From: Podospora anserina
Taxonomy: Eukaryota
Direction: 5' to 3'
Length of the DNA stretch: 64,000 nt
NCBI GenBank assembly: GCA_017654855.1
Contig: CM030337.1
Location: forward strand, 2,976,001 to 3,040,000
The notes under the pieces are model-generated. The model made no database searches. It had not been told where the DNA came from and saw nothing but the letters and a program-made list of their open reading frames with translations. Below are positions 51,644 to 63,273 of this stretch, in pieces. The first letter of the stretch is position 1. Every line of letters begins with the position of its first letter. The translations under genes and the position numbers were made by a program.

Positions 51644-52322
51644 GTTGATACAACTAGAGTCTAGTGTAAAAAGTAGCTTCAAAAGGCCAATGATGGGAAA
51701 TTGTGCTGTGCTGGTGCCTTTTTGATAACTGGCAAGGCTTTAGTATACTATTATCGATTTCGGGCTTGTATGTTACCACTCCCCGATACGTTTCGGATTT
51801 AGCTACATGTATCTTGACTCCGAGATAGAATGACCTTGAGCCGCTTGGGGGCCGGTGGCGGATATCTACACGCCGTAAAGCACGCGCGTACACTGTAACA
51901 GCAGGGCTGTCTCGACGTATAAGGAGCCAAAGGGCATCGCCACCACTTGAGCCTCGCCCTCACCTGCACGTTGTGATTGGCAATCCTGAATTCTGCCAAG
52001 TCCTAGGAAGGAATTACATCCGCGATCAACATTATCTGGTGGATGCGTAGCTGTACTACCTATGAATCATATCCAGTCATCAGATCGGGCCACACGTCTG
52101 GGCACTTACTAGGGTTGGCCTGTTCGGTTTCAAGATATGGGCATGATGTCGTCTCGCATCCTGAAAAAGTCCCAAAGCAGCGCAGCCTTGTCTCTGCGAA
52201 GAGCATAAAAACAATCCACAATCTCGGGGGTTTCCTGACAGTCAATCCACCATACCATCACCACCACTACCCATCGACACAGTTGCAAACCATTGAACTA
52301 GCGATATCCGCCCTACATCACC

Positions 52323-53181
52323 ATGACAGAGGAACAGCGAGATGTCTATCTTTACAGGCGGCCCATTACTAGCCTTGCCAAAGTCCCCGTGCTCAACAAA
52401 TGGGCCTATGCCTCCATCAACCACTGGGCAGTCTGCGTTGGCGAAACATGCTACGAGGTTGCCCGCATCCACGACCACCATCCAACGGGGAAATCTCACG
52501 ACATACGCGTCCTTACCAAGGCAGAATGGATTCAGTATGCCCAACAACAAAAGCTTGCCTACCAATATGCGAATTACGGGAAATGCAATGCCAAATGGAA
52601 GGATGACGACATCAAGGAATGCGGTAAGTACAGATCCACCTACCTACCTATAGCCTTTTGCCATGACTTGTGCATGCTCAGGCTGCTGACCAATTTCCCT
52701 CACCTTCATAGCGGACGACATATGGGAACGAATCTTCGACGGAACCTATGAAAACTTCGAATCGAACTGCCAAGAATTCGCCCATTTGCTTATGCGGTGC
52801 ATTGTCGACGATCTGCGTGAAGACACAATCCCAAGACGGTGGCAGGAATACAATCCGGATGGTCTCGTACCGGCAACACTGATGGGGGGAGGGCCTGGTA
52901 TCACAATAGGCGCAATGGGCGCGGCCAATGGGACGGCAGTGGCTGCGACAACAGGTGCAAGTGTAATAACCATGACGGATCTCGTTGCCACGTTGGGCAT
53001 CCTGACGGGAATCTCGGGAGTGGTTGCCTTTTGGTCATATATATACAAGAAGCACAAACGATACAAAAAGAGCACGGCGGTGGTGAGGGAGTGGCACTCT
53101 GCAACGAAGACCACAACCAGGAAAGGATGGCGTCGGGTCTTTTCCAGGAGCTCGTGGCGTCGCATGTGGGATGAACTCTGA
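52323..53181 (+). CDS. PPPDE/LRAT-like permuted papain-fold protein with a C-terminal TM helix
   Basis: NHWAVCVGETCYEV, then after intron ~52624-52711 YENFESNCQEFA (His...NC order). Hydrophobic LGILTGISGVVAFWSYIY followed by a basic tail. Confidence 0.72.
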
Positions 53182-53555
53182 TTAGCGGTAACTTTTGCTG
53201 GAAAGTAACTATCTCCCTCCTCATTGTATGTCTAGGTAGAGAGCTCAACAATCAAGTCTCATAACCACATCGTTCAGCAACTTTAAAGGTGTGCAAAAGG
53301 ATTGGAAAGTTATGAACGATCGAAGGCGGTCCCTGGAGCTATCTGGTAAAGTTTGGCCAAGGTGGGTTACTGCTGTTTTAGGTTAAGGTTCACGCACAAA
53401 GCTAAGTTTTCTCGTTGAACTCCCTGATCCCAACACTTCTTTTCGCTGTCAGGCACTATTTCACTGCTCGCCATTTGATGTTTCCTGCACCGGTACGGCT
53501 ACATCCCGAAAAACATCTCTCCGACTCGACAGTCACGAACTCTTTACCCTTCAGC

Positions 53556-55776
53556 ATGGCCCTGAAAAAGCTCCCCCTGGAGTTGCAGACACGTATTTGG
53601 GAACTGTTGGAGGATCATCGTGATAGTCTGGTATCGCTCTCCTTGGCGAACCGGCATTTTCGGGCGGTTGCCAATACGTGCCTGCTGAACCGTTTGACCT
53701 TCAATGCCACAACTGATGGTCTTGAGGAATTGGTCGAAGGTTGCTCCCGGTTCCTCCGCCAGAATGACGGCTTCCGTCACGTCCGAATTCTCGTTGTCCT
53801 TGGCTCAACCGTCGAGAGCGAGAACCTCACCGCCAATGGATCACAAAGGGTATATTTTGGGCGAGGCCCCTTTGATGAAGTCAAGCAAGACAGATTCTAT
53901 AGGTTTCCTTATTACTGGCTGACGTTGAACAACCCACCGACGCCGCCCGCCCGGCATGGCATACCGCCTCATGCCTGGCAGAGTGCTGACCGGTGGGACA
54001 AGAATTGGCAGCCATTGGCCAACTTCATCAGCTTGTTACCAGGACTCACTGACCTCATATACAAAGCGATGGAGTAGTTTCCACCATGCCTGTTGCGCGC
54101 CATCGAAAGCAAGAGCACGATATCACGCCGTGTGACACGGCTTCACCATTGCACTTTTCGGCTGCGGATGCTGGAAGCTGCCGCGGCAGCCGAGCATCGT
54201 TCACGTGGCCTGCGCACTACCTATTCTTACGAAGATGTCCCAACTCCCACAGTACCCGTTGCCGATCCTCACGAATTGAATATCATCCGATCTCCCTGTC
54301 TCTATAGCCTGTGTTTGGCTAACGACAAATCCAAGATCGGCCCCGGGCCAAATGGGGGGTATAGCAGGGTTAATGGCATGTACCCGGAGATAATGAAACA
54401 AATTTTGCAGACCGAAGGACTTGCCCCGAATCTAGGCGAGATCATCTTGTATCCACACATCTATTCGGCGGTAATGGCATCACCCAGAAGTGGAGTTAAG
54501 CTGGCAAGGACACTCGGCAATGCTTTTCGACGTCCGCATCCTCTGGCTATAAAATGGCTCACGTTTCTGGATCTCACCGACTCCATCCCAGCTCAAATCT
54601 GTCAACTACTGGATCTCAGAGCTTTGGAGACTCTCAAACTTACCTGGCCTCAGGGTGAACAGGGGGTGGTATTCTCCGAAACCGTACGTTTCCCTTCCCT
54701 GACCACGCTCTTGGTGGACTTGTCTTTATGCATAGGAACTGCATTCCCAAGAGGGAGTGCTCAGGTCAAACACTTCATCAGCGCTCATCCACAGCTCAAG
54801 CATTTACATGTTGGCAGATGGGATTGGTCATTCGCGTCGTTTGTAGGAGAGGACCACCATGGAATGAATGGTGTTTCCAAAAATGGAGACCTTGTGCTTT
54901 CAAAACGAGCGACGTCCTGATTTGTGTCACGTCTGGAGCTCACTGAGTTCCGCCCGTGAAATCGAAGGCCTGGGTGCCCTGTACCCCAACGTCAAGCGCC
55001 TGGCCCTTCCTGTGCACGGGTCAAGGGGCAACAGAGCCGAAGTTGCGTTGTATCAAACCATTGGGCACAGCTTCCCCAAGCTTCGGCATCTTTCGCTCCA
55101 CCTGGATGCGTCATCGAGGCCGGTGCACATGATTGTTCCGCCGCAGTTAATCCCACTTGCAAAAGTCCCAGAATTCCAGTGTTGTAGTGCACGTGGGTGC
55201 TCGGAAGGGGAAGCCATTCGCCCTTTTGAGGAACGAGCCCCTCACGATGCGCTTGGAATGGCCTATAGGGGACTGACGAACGGAGATATCATGGATTTCA
55301 TGGTGAACTGCGCGCTTGATAGCAAACTCGCTAAGCAGATCTTTTTGGCAGTGTCATCTGCGTCACTGGAAACCATGGTTGTGCGGAGTGGGGGGCTGAT
55401 CACTACTTCTAGACACGCGGATGGAATTGTGTCTACTGGGCTCGGAACAGGAAGGGCTCTGGGGTGGGGTTCCATGCAGTTTGGGATGGAACATTACATT
55501 GCGGGTCTGCAGCGCCACTGGGTGGTCGAGAAGTAGTTTTCTGATTGGAAGAAGGAGAAGTTGGGGATCAAAGAGATAAGGATACTGGACGATCGGAAGC
55601 TGCATCTAGATTCGGATTATTGGCATGGAGTTACTGCCGGAGTGGGTGAGGGGGTTGAAAACGCTTTGTTGAGATGCTTCAGGAAGCTGTGGTCTCCAAA
55701 GGAGGGGAGCCGAGGATTGTGGGAAGAGTGGGAGAGTAGGGATTTACGTGGATTCGAGGGAGTAGAGACTACATAG
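53556..55776 (+). pseudogene. F-box-like/LRR-like family, paralogue 4 (stops and frameshift)
   Basis: MALKKLPLELQTRIWELL..SLANRHF..WQPLANFISLLPGL..ME*FPPCLL..SPCL..SRGNRAEVALYQTIG..NCALDSKLAKQIF..WEEWESRDL. TAG at 54075 and 55534; frameshift ~54870. Confidence 0.8.
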
Positions 55777-55813
55777 GAAGCCATCTGTTAAAGCGTCCTA
55801 ACTTGGTATTTAC

Positions 55814-56118
55814 CTACTCAACCTTCACAACCACCTTCCCAAAGTGCGACCCACTCGCCAGATACTTCATCGCCTCAACCGCCTCCTCAAACCCAAACGA
55901 ACGATCCACCACCGGCCTGATGTGATGCTTCTCGTAGAACCGACACATCTCCTCGAACCTATCCCTCGGACCGTTGATAATCTCCTTCAACGTCACCGTC
56001 CGCCGCAGGGCCAAAGATTCAAATTCGGCCTTGCCTCGCCAGCTTCATCCTCCCGCCCAGAGACATACCCAATGCACGAGATCAACCCCCCAAACCCCAT
56101 GCAGTCAAGAGACTTGTA
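55814..56118 (-). pseudogene. C-terminal fragment of a zinc-binding alcohol dehydrogenase/MDR
   Basis: YKSLDCMGFGGLISCIGYVSG..LALRRTVTLKEIINGPRDRFEEM..IRPVVDRSFGFEEAVEAMKYLASGSHFGKVVVKV. One frameshift near 56015. The 5' part is absent, cut at the TGTA junction. Confidence 0.82.
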
Positions 56119-56359
56119 CTCGTGGCACGACGTCGCTGAGATGGCTGATGAAACGGTAACAGGCAGAAAACACATGTGTGGGCTGCATCGTCCGGCTGAT
56201 CAAGAGGTCACCGCATATCACCACCCGCGAGACATGATTTCGCTCTGCCTCCGCAACGATCCATCGCCCCGTTTGCCGTACTCTGTCCAGGTCTTGATGC
56301 TTGAAGTGGAGGTCGCTAAGTAAAAGCCATCGCCGCGTGCGAACCGAGGTTATACGCAT
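56115..56359 (-). pseudogene. 5' part of the SbcD/Mre11-SbcC/Rad50 fusion gene
   Basis: MRITSVRTRRWLLLSDLHF..VVICGDLL (phosphoesterase motifs I DxH and II GD), ending at VVPRV. These are the motifs missing from the 25617-29034 piece. Confidence 0.85.
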
Positions 56360-56756
56360 GACTACTGAACATGGAATGGTTAGAGTTTTTGATGGATGTA
56401 ATCAACGGGCTATCATGAAGTTCAGCGTGCTGTTCGAGCTGTGCTGATATCTTGGCCGGTTCGTTGTCCGGTGCAAACGCAAGTCTGTCACCCCGCATTG
56501 TGCCCCTGTGTTGTTGGTAGAAAATGGCCCATTGAAGCCTCAGACGTATCGTTTACTTGCAGGAATGGAAGAGGTTGAAACGAAACTCTTAATCTTTACA
56601 ACACAACAGAAACGAAAGCAAGATGGGGAGTTTGTCGGACTTTTGTTGATATAAGGTGGTACGTACTAAACAGGTACCAAGATATCCCCGCCACAGCAAA
56701 AGCCAGCGCTATGACCCCAAAGGTTCAACTCACCATCTGCGCTACCCCCTGCCTAC

Positions 56757-58019
56757 CTATTGAGCCTTCTTTCCCTCCCTTCCCCTCAACACCCTCTCAT
56801 CCCTCTCCCACATCAAAACCGTCGCCAACGCCACCGGTCCCCCAGCCAGCAACCATCCCACCATTTTCCCGATCCCAACACAACCACCCTTACCCACAGA
56901 AGCCATGCAGTTATACCCAGCCCAAACCACCATCGCCAAACTAGGACACCCAATATCATAATGCAAAAAATGCTTCGTCAACCCCGGCAACCAGCTCAAA
57001 TCAGCCTTATTCTCCCCTCCCAGCGCAGCCACCTTGGCCAGATCCACCGCAGGCGGGTTCCAAACACCATATGGGACAAACACATTGCTGAAGGTCGTCT
57101 GGGTGATCATGTCCCTCAGCCAAGCCGGTCCGAACGGCATTGAAGATGGTGTCAGACACACCAAAAGGATAGGGAGATGGACCACAACTGAAGTGAAGAT
57201 GACGAAGCGGTAGTGGTTGGCGAGTGACTTCCCTACCCCATACTGTGTCGTTGTCGTGTTGTACTTGCGAGGGAAGCAAACAAAGTTCATGCCGCGGTGA
57301 ATAAGAAATTGCAAAACGGGGAAAACCTGCCACAGAGCCGTGGTGTCGTAGTGTGATTTTCCTGGGATGATCGATGGCGTAGGCAATGACATGATCACGG
57401 CTGGGACAATATATGCCAATGTCATACTCAACGGCAAGTGTCGAACTTCCCCTTCTGGAACAGAAATATCATCCGTCGCTGGGGACGTGGTAAATAAATG
57501 CAAAATCAGATATGACGGAACAGTCAAAGCATAGGTGAAACTCTGGATGATATTCCCAAAGGTGTTTGTCCTATTCATTTGCCCCGTCAGTATCATTTTC
57601 TGTGTCATGAAGAAACTTGGAAAATGGTTGACTCACCAGCTTACAACCCTCCCTCTATTCGCCCTCCGATGCGCCTCAACACTCACCAGCGCCCATCCAG
57701 AGAAAAACATCCCCATTGTCCAGACATAAGCGAGGTCAACATCCCAGTTTCTTTCTCCGTTGACCAATCCGCTGAAGAAGCCGATAAGGATGCCCATGCG
57801 TGTATCTAGCGCTTTGTTGCCAGTATAACGCGGGTCAAAGGATTCCGGTCCACCAGGCACGTAAGGTACACCGTCCAAGTTGCCAGAGGTAGCGGTCAGA
57901 ATGGAGAAATATCCCGTTTGGAAGCCATTGACCATTGTGCCGCAGATGCCCAGGGTCAACAAGGGAAGGATGAGCAAAAGCGGGGGTATTTTGGAGGGGT
58001 TGTGGTTGTTGTTGGCCAT
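56757..58019 (-). CDS. CtvD/AurD-like membrane protein (secondary-metabolite hydrolase/cyclase-like)
   Basis: YTGNKALDTRMGILIGFF, VPSYLILH, LPLSMTLAYIVPAVIMSLPTP, ALWQVFP, FLHYD, GPVALATVLMWERD. Multiple TM segments. Intron near 57580-57636. Confidence 0.6.
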
Positions 58020-58205
58020 GTTGGGTGCTGATTGACTAGTTTGGTCGAAAATAAAAAGTGGTCAAAGAGCGGAATGTAGGAAGCAAAGGGATGAGGGAAG
58101 ACAAGTTTAAAACAACAAGAAATTGATGAGAAAATCGGAGTGTGAATGTGCGGCACAGCACCAAAGTCGTTCCTGCAGGCCACCCTGGCTACCTCTTGGC
58201 AAAGC

Positions 58206-60568
58206 TCAATTTCGAAGGATTCTTGACAAAACAATCCAAGCCGGAGCACTCTTCAATTTTGCCCATAACGAAAAACGTGTGTTCAAGATCCACTGCTCAT
58301 CTTGCCTCTTTCCGTACATCATCATCGGCCTTAACAAGTTCTGGGCTTGTAGGAATTGCGCTAGAGTCCATCCATACAAATGAACCCAAGGAGAAATTTC
58401 ATTGCAAACCTCGGCTTCCTCCTCTGTCTTTGACAGTGACTCGATGAATGCAGCGGGACTGATAACTCCCCCGCGATTGAAAAGCACTTTCCAGCCTTGA
58501 GTTGTAGACCCTGTCTCCGCTGGCAGAACTGTCAAAGCTTCCCGTAATGAAATGGCTAGGGTCTTCAGCCTCCAGTCAAATACTGGTGCATAATCAGGGC
58601 CGTACATATCTTGCACTACTGTTGGAAGCTTTATTCGCAATAGATCAAGGCACTCGGGCTTTGATCAATGAAGTTTTTCAGTAGAACTGCAAAGCAGGGG
58701 TGGTCTTTCACCGACTTGTTGACATCGGCGCCCAACAGAATCAGCTCGTAAGAATGCCGAGCAGCTATTGCCATCGGTGCTGTCGAACAGGCGCAAGACT
58801 CGGCCAGCTCAAGAATCGCAAAACGGCATTACCCAGTAGGTCAAAGAGCAAAGTGTGGGGAGGTTTTGGCTTGAACTTCCCGACTGACTGAACAACAAGA
58901 GCGTTGTGATGTCTTGCGATGTTCATCTTGGAAGTTCAGATCATCTTTATTCCCTAGATTCAAGCATGCGGGGTCGTAACCGGGTCTAAACATACGGTCT
59001 AGGACTTCAAAAATTTGCGTATTTTTGCTGAAGCTTGGAGGCATGTTGCTGAGAATTGACTTTACCATCTGATCGTTGCCCATTTTCAACAGCCAACCAG
59101 ATTGCGGAGGGAGGGATGACTCCAGCAGTGGTCGGAATAGCACCCCCAAAATATCCGTCGCTCAAAGACAACAGTGCCTGGCGTTGCGAAATGGTTCCAC
59201 GATTTTCCATGCATGAATGGGGATCACTGTTACCAGTGATATCAGGAATAACAAGCAAGGTCTCTAGCTCGTGGAGGGAAAATCGTTCGGGAGCAAGGTC
59301 GATCGGCATCGGATGAGGAGTCACACGAGCTCGACGCGCAGAAAACACTTCCAGGAGCTTATCCACAGCTCGGTTCGTCGTATGTGCCACAAAGCCAACA
59401 TCTTGGGGTTTCGAGAGCCATCTCTCCCTCTCTGTACTCGAGTCTTCCCGGACATAATCTTCTCCTTCATCACCAGAACCCAAATAATGGGGCCGGAACT
59501 GCCAATATTGTGCCGTCCAATTCTCGTAGTGAAGCAACTTCTGCAGGATCTCACTTGCGTCGTAATACTCGAGGGGGTCACTCAAAGCATCGACTAAAGC
59601 GCAGGCGGCTAACCAGTTGCCATGAATCAAGGCGGTCCATACGTCGGGGATAAAGTCGTGTGGGCCGCGTGGTAAATCCCCCCCGTGGGCGGCACGATGG
59701 CTTTCTATCAGACCAGCAATGGTAATCACTGCGTTGTAGTCGCCACACTGGCCCAGAAACGACGCAACTGAGAATGCGACATAATCTCTTCTATCGAGGT
59801 CGTAGGAAGAGATTACTTCCCCATCACAGTCCACCTCTCCCCGCTTGCGCAACTGAGCAAACAGGTATGTGACAAGGGCCACGTTACCATGGGCGATAGC
59901 GGAACACAGTGCACCCAAGGTCATGTGGTTGGGTGTTTGAAGAATTTCAGGGAACGGTGCGTTCGCTCGGCGCAATAGGAAGGCAGTGCTTGTATGCTCA
60001 CCGCAAATGGCGCGGCCGAGGGGATTCATTCGGTCATAGGGAACATCATCTCGGTCCCCGCCGATACAAGACTCAAAGGTGATCAACAAAGTTCGCCAGG
60101 CACGGGCAATACCAATGCATAGGCGTTGATCTTGTTGTGCCCAGCCCAGTGTCTGCACCCGCATCGAGAAGGAGGGAAACGATTTCGTCGTATCCGCGGG
60201 AGCACGCAAGCTCCAAGGGCCGTGTCAAGGCACGCTCTCTTGGTGGATGCAGGCTTCCCGATTGACAAGATGTTGTTGGATCTCAGGGGAGGGGGCATGG
60301 CGGAGAGCAGCTCTGAGAACGTCGACGTTGTTATTTTGGACGGCCCATCACATCGCGGAGACGCTGCCACAGCAATAAAAGAGGATTGGTTGAAAATGGC
60401 GTGACAGCGGCGGTCCAGGATGGCCACTGTGGCTACATTGGAGATGTAGTCGATGCCAGTGAGGCATTTTGGATGTGTGCAATTCTTCCTTGGTGCATCC
60501 CTGACACCATCGATATGCCCACGGATCATCAATAAGATCTCTGGCGGTAGGGCTTTGAGGCCAACCAT
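58206..60568 (-). pseudogene. Frameshifted hypothetical gene (F-box-like start, ankyrin-like helices)
   Basis: MVGLKALPPEILLMIRGHI; PLGRAI, ALCSAIAHGNVALVTYL, SAIWLAVENG. Pieces lie in different frames (60083-60865, 59007-60209, 58841-59149, 58206-58640). Confidence 0.45.
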
Positions 60569-61192
60569 GTTGTTGCTGTGCTGTTGGAGTCGGACGTGAA
60601 CAGGAATGCAGGACGTACATACTGCAGTGCGGCCCGGCAAACGTGACAAATCCAGGAGAAGCCTTACGCAAGCATGCAGTGCGACCCTTTGCCCCTGTGC
60701 CTCTTTCGTTTCCAACCTCTCGGGTCGAGTGCCTGGGGGTGTTGGAGGACGTGGTTTCTGACTTGCTGTGCCGCGTGTTTGCCACTTTTCATGTCGGTGA
60801 TAGTGGAGCTGTTGTTGGTACCTAGCTATTGGATTGTTTGTTAACACCGAGATCCAATATATCACAGTGTTTCGTTTCCGTGGAATGTTGATATGTGGTA
60901 ATATCAGCAGGTGTGAGTGCTGCCTGATACCATCGGTAAGATGGAATACACCCCAAGATGTGCTGAGATGAAGAATGGACTTTGGGAGGGTTGATCACAC
61001 CGAACCTTGTTCTGCTGGGGTCTGAGAGCGGCGTTGGATGTGAGGCATGTGAGGCACGGGACGGTCAAGTCGTTTATTGGACGCAGAAGAAAGCTAGCTG
61101 ATATTGTGGTTGATCTTGTATGATGATTATCTGGAATTTTCAAGGAGAATGACGAAGACCCGTCAATAGGAATTTCTCAGGATGTTGCATAT

Positions 61193-61957
61193 TCACTTAT
61201 CTGCCAAATAGGGGTTTTCCTTCCTCGTTATCAAGGGACTCGCCCGACGGTTTGCATCATGGTGTTGACTAGGTAGGTACGCAGACCATGAGCTTCGCAT
61301 CCCCAGCCAAAGTTCATAACAGGACTGTGCTATGCTCATGAATGGCGGTCTTTTCTGATTCAGTGCCCGGCATGGACTAATGTGTGCCAAACCAACCACT
61401 TCGAAAGCTCTGGCCTCCAAAGGCCCGGCGGTCCCGAGCCAGATAATCACGCGGTTGGCCATACTGTAAATTCTGGGCATTAAGGGGATCTGCCCCTGCT
61501 TCTCCGTATCGTTGCTTTGGTTGATACAGATAACGTCAATCCACAGGACCCTGACATTCTCAGGATCACGAAGACGCAACAAAGCCTCGTGGAGGTTGTG
61601 TGTCACCAGCAGCTCCAGGCCATCAATGTATATACTCCTGGAAAAGCCGCCAGTGACCCAGGAGTAAGACAAGGCTTCATATAGATGCATTGCTCGCGTC
61701 ACTGGTAGCAAAGGATACTCGACAAGTCTGGCTTCGATCCGACCGTCATGTTCCCGACTGGGTATGAGATGGAGCAGAAGAATATTCCCCGCCTTTGTCA
61801 AAGACGCATAAGGATATTCTTGTTCAAGGCGTCCATGAACAGGCGCGTCTGCTCGATCCCTATAGTGTGTGATCGTTCCATGCTGAGTCAGTTGACTGTC
61901 TTTCGGGGCCGGGTCATTTCGGGTAGCTTCCTCTTGGGGTCCAAGCTGCCGTGACAT
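61193..61957 (-). pseudogene. HET-domain (heterokaryon incompatibility-like) gene, 3'-truncated
   Basis: YEALSYSW..VTHNLHEALLRLRD..RVLWIDVICINQ..EKQGQIPLMPRIYSMANRVIIWLG. The usual WFxRxWxxQE end of the domain is not present. Confidence 0.8.
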
Positions 61958-62417
61958 GTTAGGACCTCGGACAGCAATTTGCGGTTTTTGATGCCTCAGT
62001 TTCGTAGGTACCCGCCCTGTTGCTCTTGATGAAGAAGAATTTGAAGGCAGATGACGCTTGTTCCATATCGTAAGGCATCGTTTGGGAGCCAATGTGGGGC
62101 TACACACATTACACACGTGTCCAATGATCAAAAAGAGTCCGCTAGCGCGACTACATCTTAGGTAGTTTCTCCAAAGTCCATTATAATTTACTGCAAGGGA
62201 ATAAGAGAGTAATCTGTAATCCAGAGACGTATGCATTTATTCTTCTCTAAGCTCTACCATAAGGGATACCTGTCCTGAGAAGACTCCGTGAAGCCGCAGG
62301 TCTGTCAATATTCCCAGCACAATGCGCTAATATCGACTTCCAGATAACACCCCCAACCATCTTTCCCTCCAACCCCCCTCCACCATAGCCTCATAGGCTC
62401 ATAGCGGCAAGAAACCA

Positions 62418-62714
62418 TCAACGCTTGGCGTTGGCGAAGAGGCCAATGGGGAATTTGGCAAGCCGCTGACCGCGCTCAGGCTTGGGTGGGGGAGCAACAA
62501 TCTTTCGGACGCCGCGCTTGCTTGGGCGAGGCGGTCTTTTCATTCCTCCGGCAGGCGGCGGAGCGGCTTTGGCGGGTGGTGGGGCTGCCTGTCGTACGGG
62601 CAGAGCATTGCTTGGAGCCGGTGCAGGGCGACCGGCCTGGACTTTATTTGTAGGAGCAGGTGCCTTGGCTGGTGCCTTGGCTGGTGCTGCTGTCTTTGTG
62701 GGGAGGAGAGGCAT
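62418..62714 (-). CDS. Small Pro/Ala/Lys-rich protein
   Basis: MPLLPTKTAAPAKAPAKAPAP..., ACC-ATG context, repeated PAKA motif. Confidence 0.5.
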   Translation of the reverse strand: MPLLPTKTAAPAKAPAKAPAPTNKVQAGRPAPAPSNALPVRQAAPPPAKAAPPPAGGMKRPPRPSKRGVRKIVAPPPKPERGQRLAKFPIGLFANAKR

Positions 62715-63273
62715 GGTGCAGGTGGTAATAAGAGTTAAAGCGGTGTGAAGGGTCTCGATAGTGTCGACGAAGGACTGGGGCTTTGTGCTGAAGCAGGAGA
62801 TGTGGATATATGTCGTCGGGGCTTTGTTAACGAGGTGTGAGGATGTTGCCCTCTGTTTGAAGGGCACCGTGACGGCGGTCTTATAGGTGAACCAAATCCT
62901 ATTTTTGGACGGCTCTGGGTAGGTAGCTTGTCATCCAAAGTTGAAATGAACTGGAGTACTATAATCCGAGGTCCAAAGGTGCTGGGCCTCACGGCACTGG
63001 GCAACTTGAGACAAGACTAATTTGTAACGACTGCAAAAATATAACATAGGTGAGATTCCTCTGTCCTAGCGCTGTTTGTGCCCCTAGCTAGCGGCGTGGG
63101 TGTAACAAAGCCCCATGTGCGGCTCAGCTACGGTAGGTGGGGCAAGTTGAAGACCAACAGACCTGCCATCGCACTGCAGCCTTCTTATTGCCCGTTGCCC
63201 CACGTTCCCTTGCTTCATCGGCCCTTTACTTGCCAGATTAATCTGACCTGAACACTTGCAAACACCACCCACC

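Larger units (their letters stand above)
29035..56118. mobile_element. 27-kb inserted block interrupting the Mre11-Rad50 fusion gene, bounded by TGTA direct repeats
   Basis: TGTA at 29031-29034 and 56115-56118. Removing the intervening DNA and one TGTA gives GTG CCA CGA GTA CAC ATC GTG CTT GGC AAC CAC GAT in frame. No transposase or recombinase recognised inside. Confidence 0.7.

Noticed and set aside
29035..56114. Giant intron explanation for the split gene
   Set aside because: On the coding strand the block starts with AGTC and ends with CAT(TACA), so it has no GT..AG boundaries, and 27 kb is far beyond fungal intron sizes.
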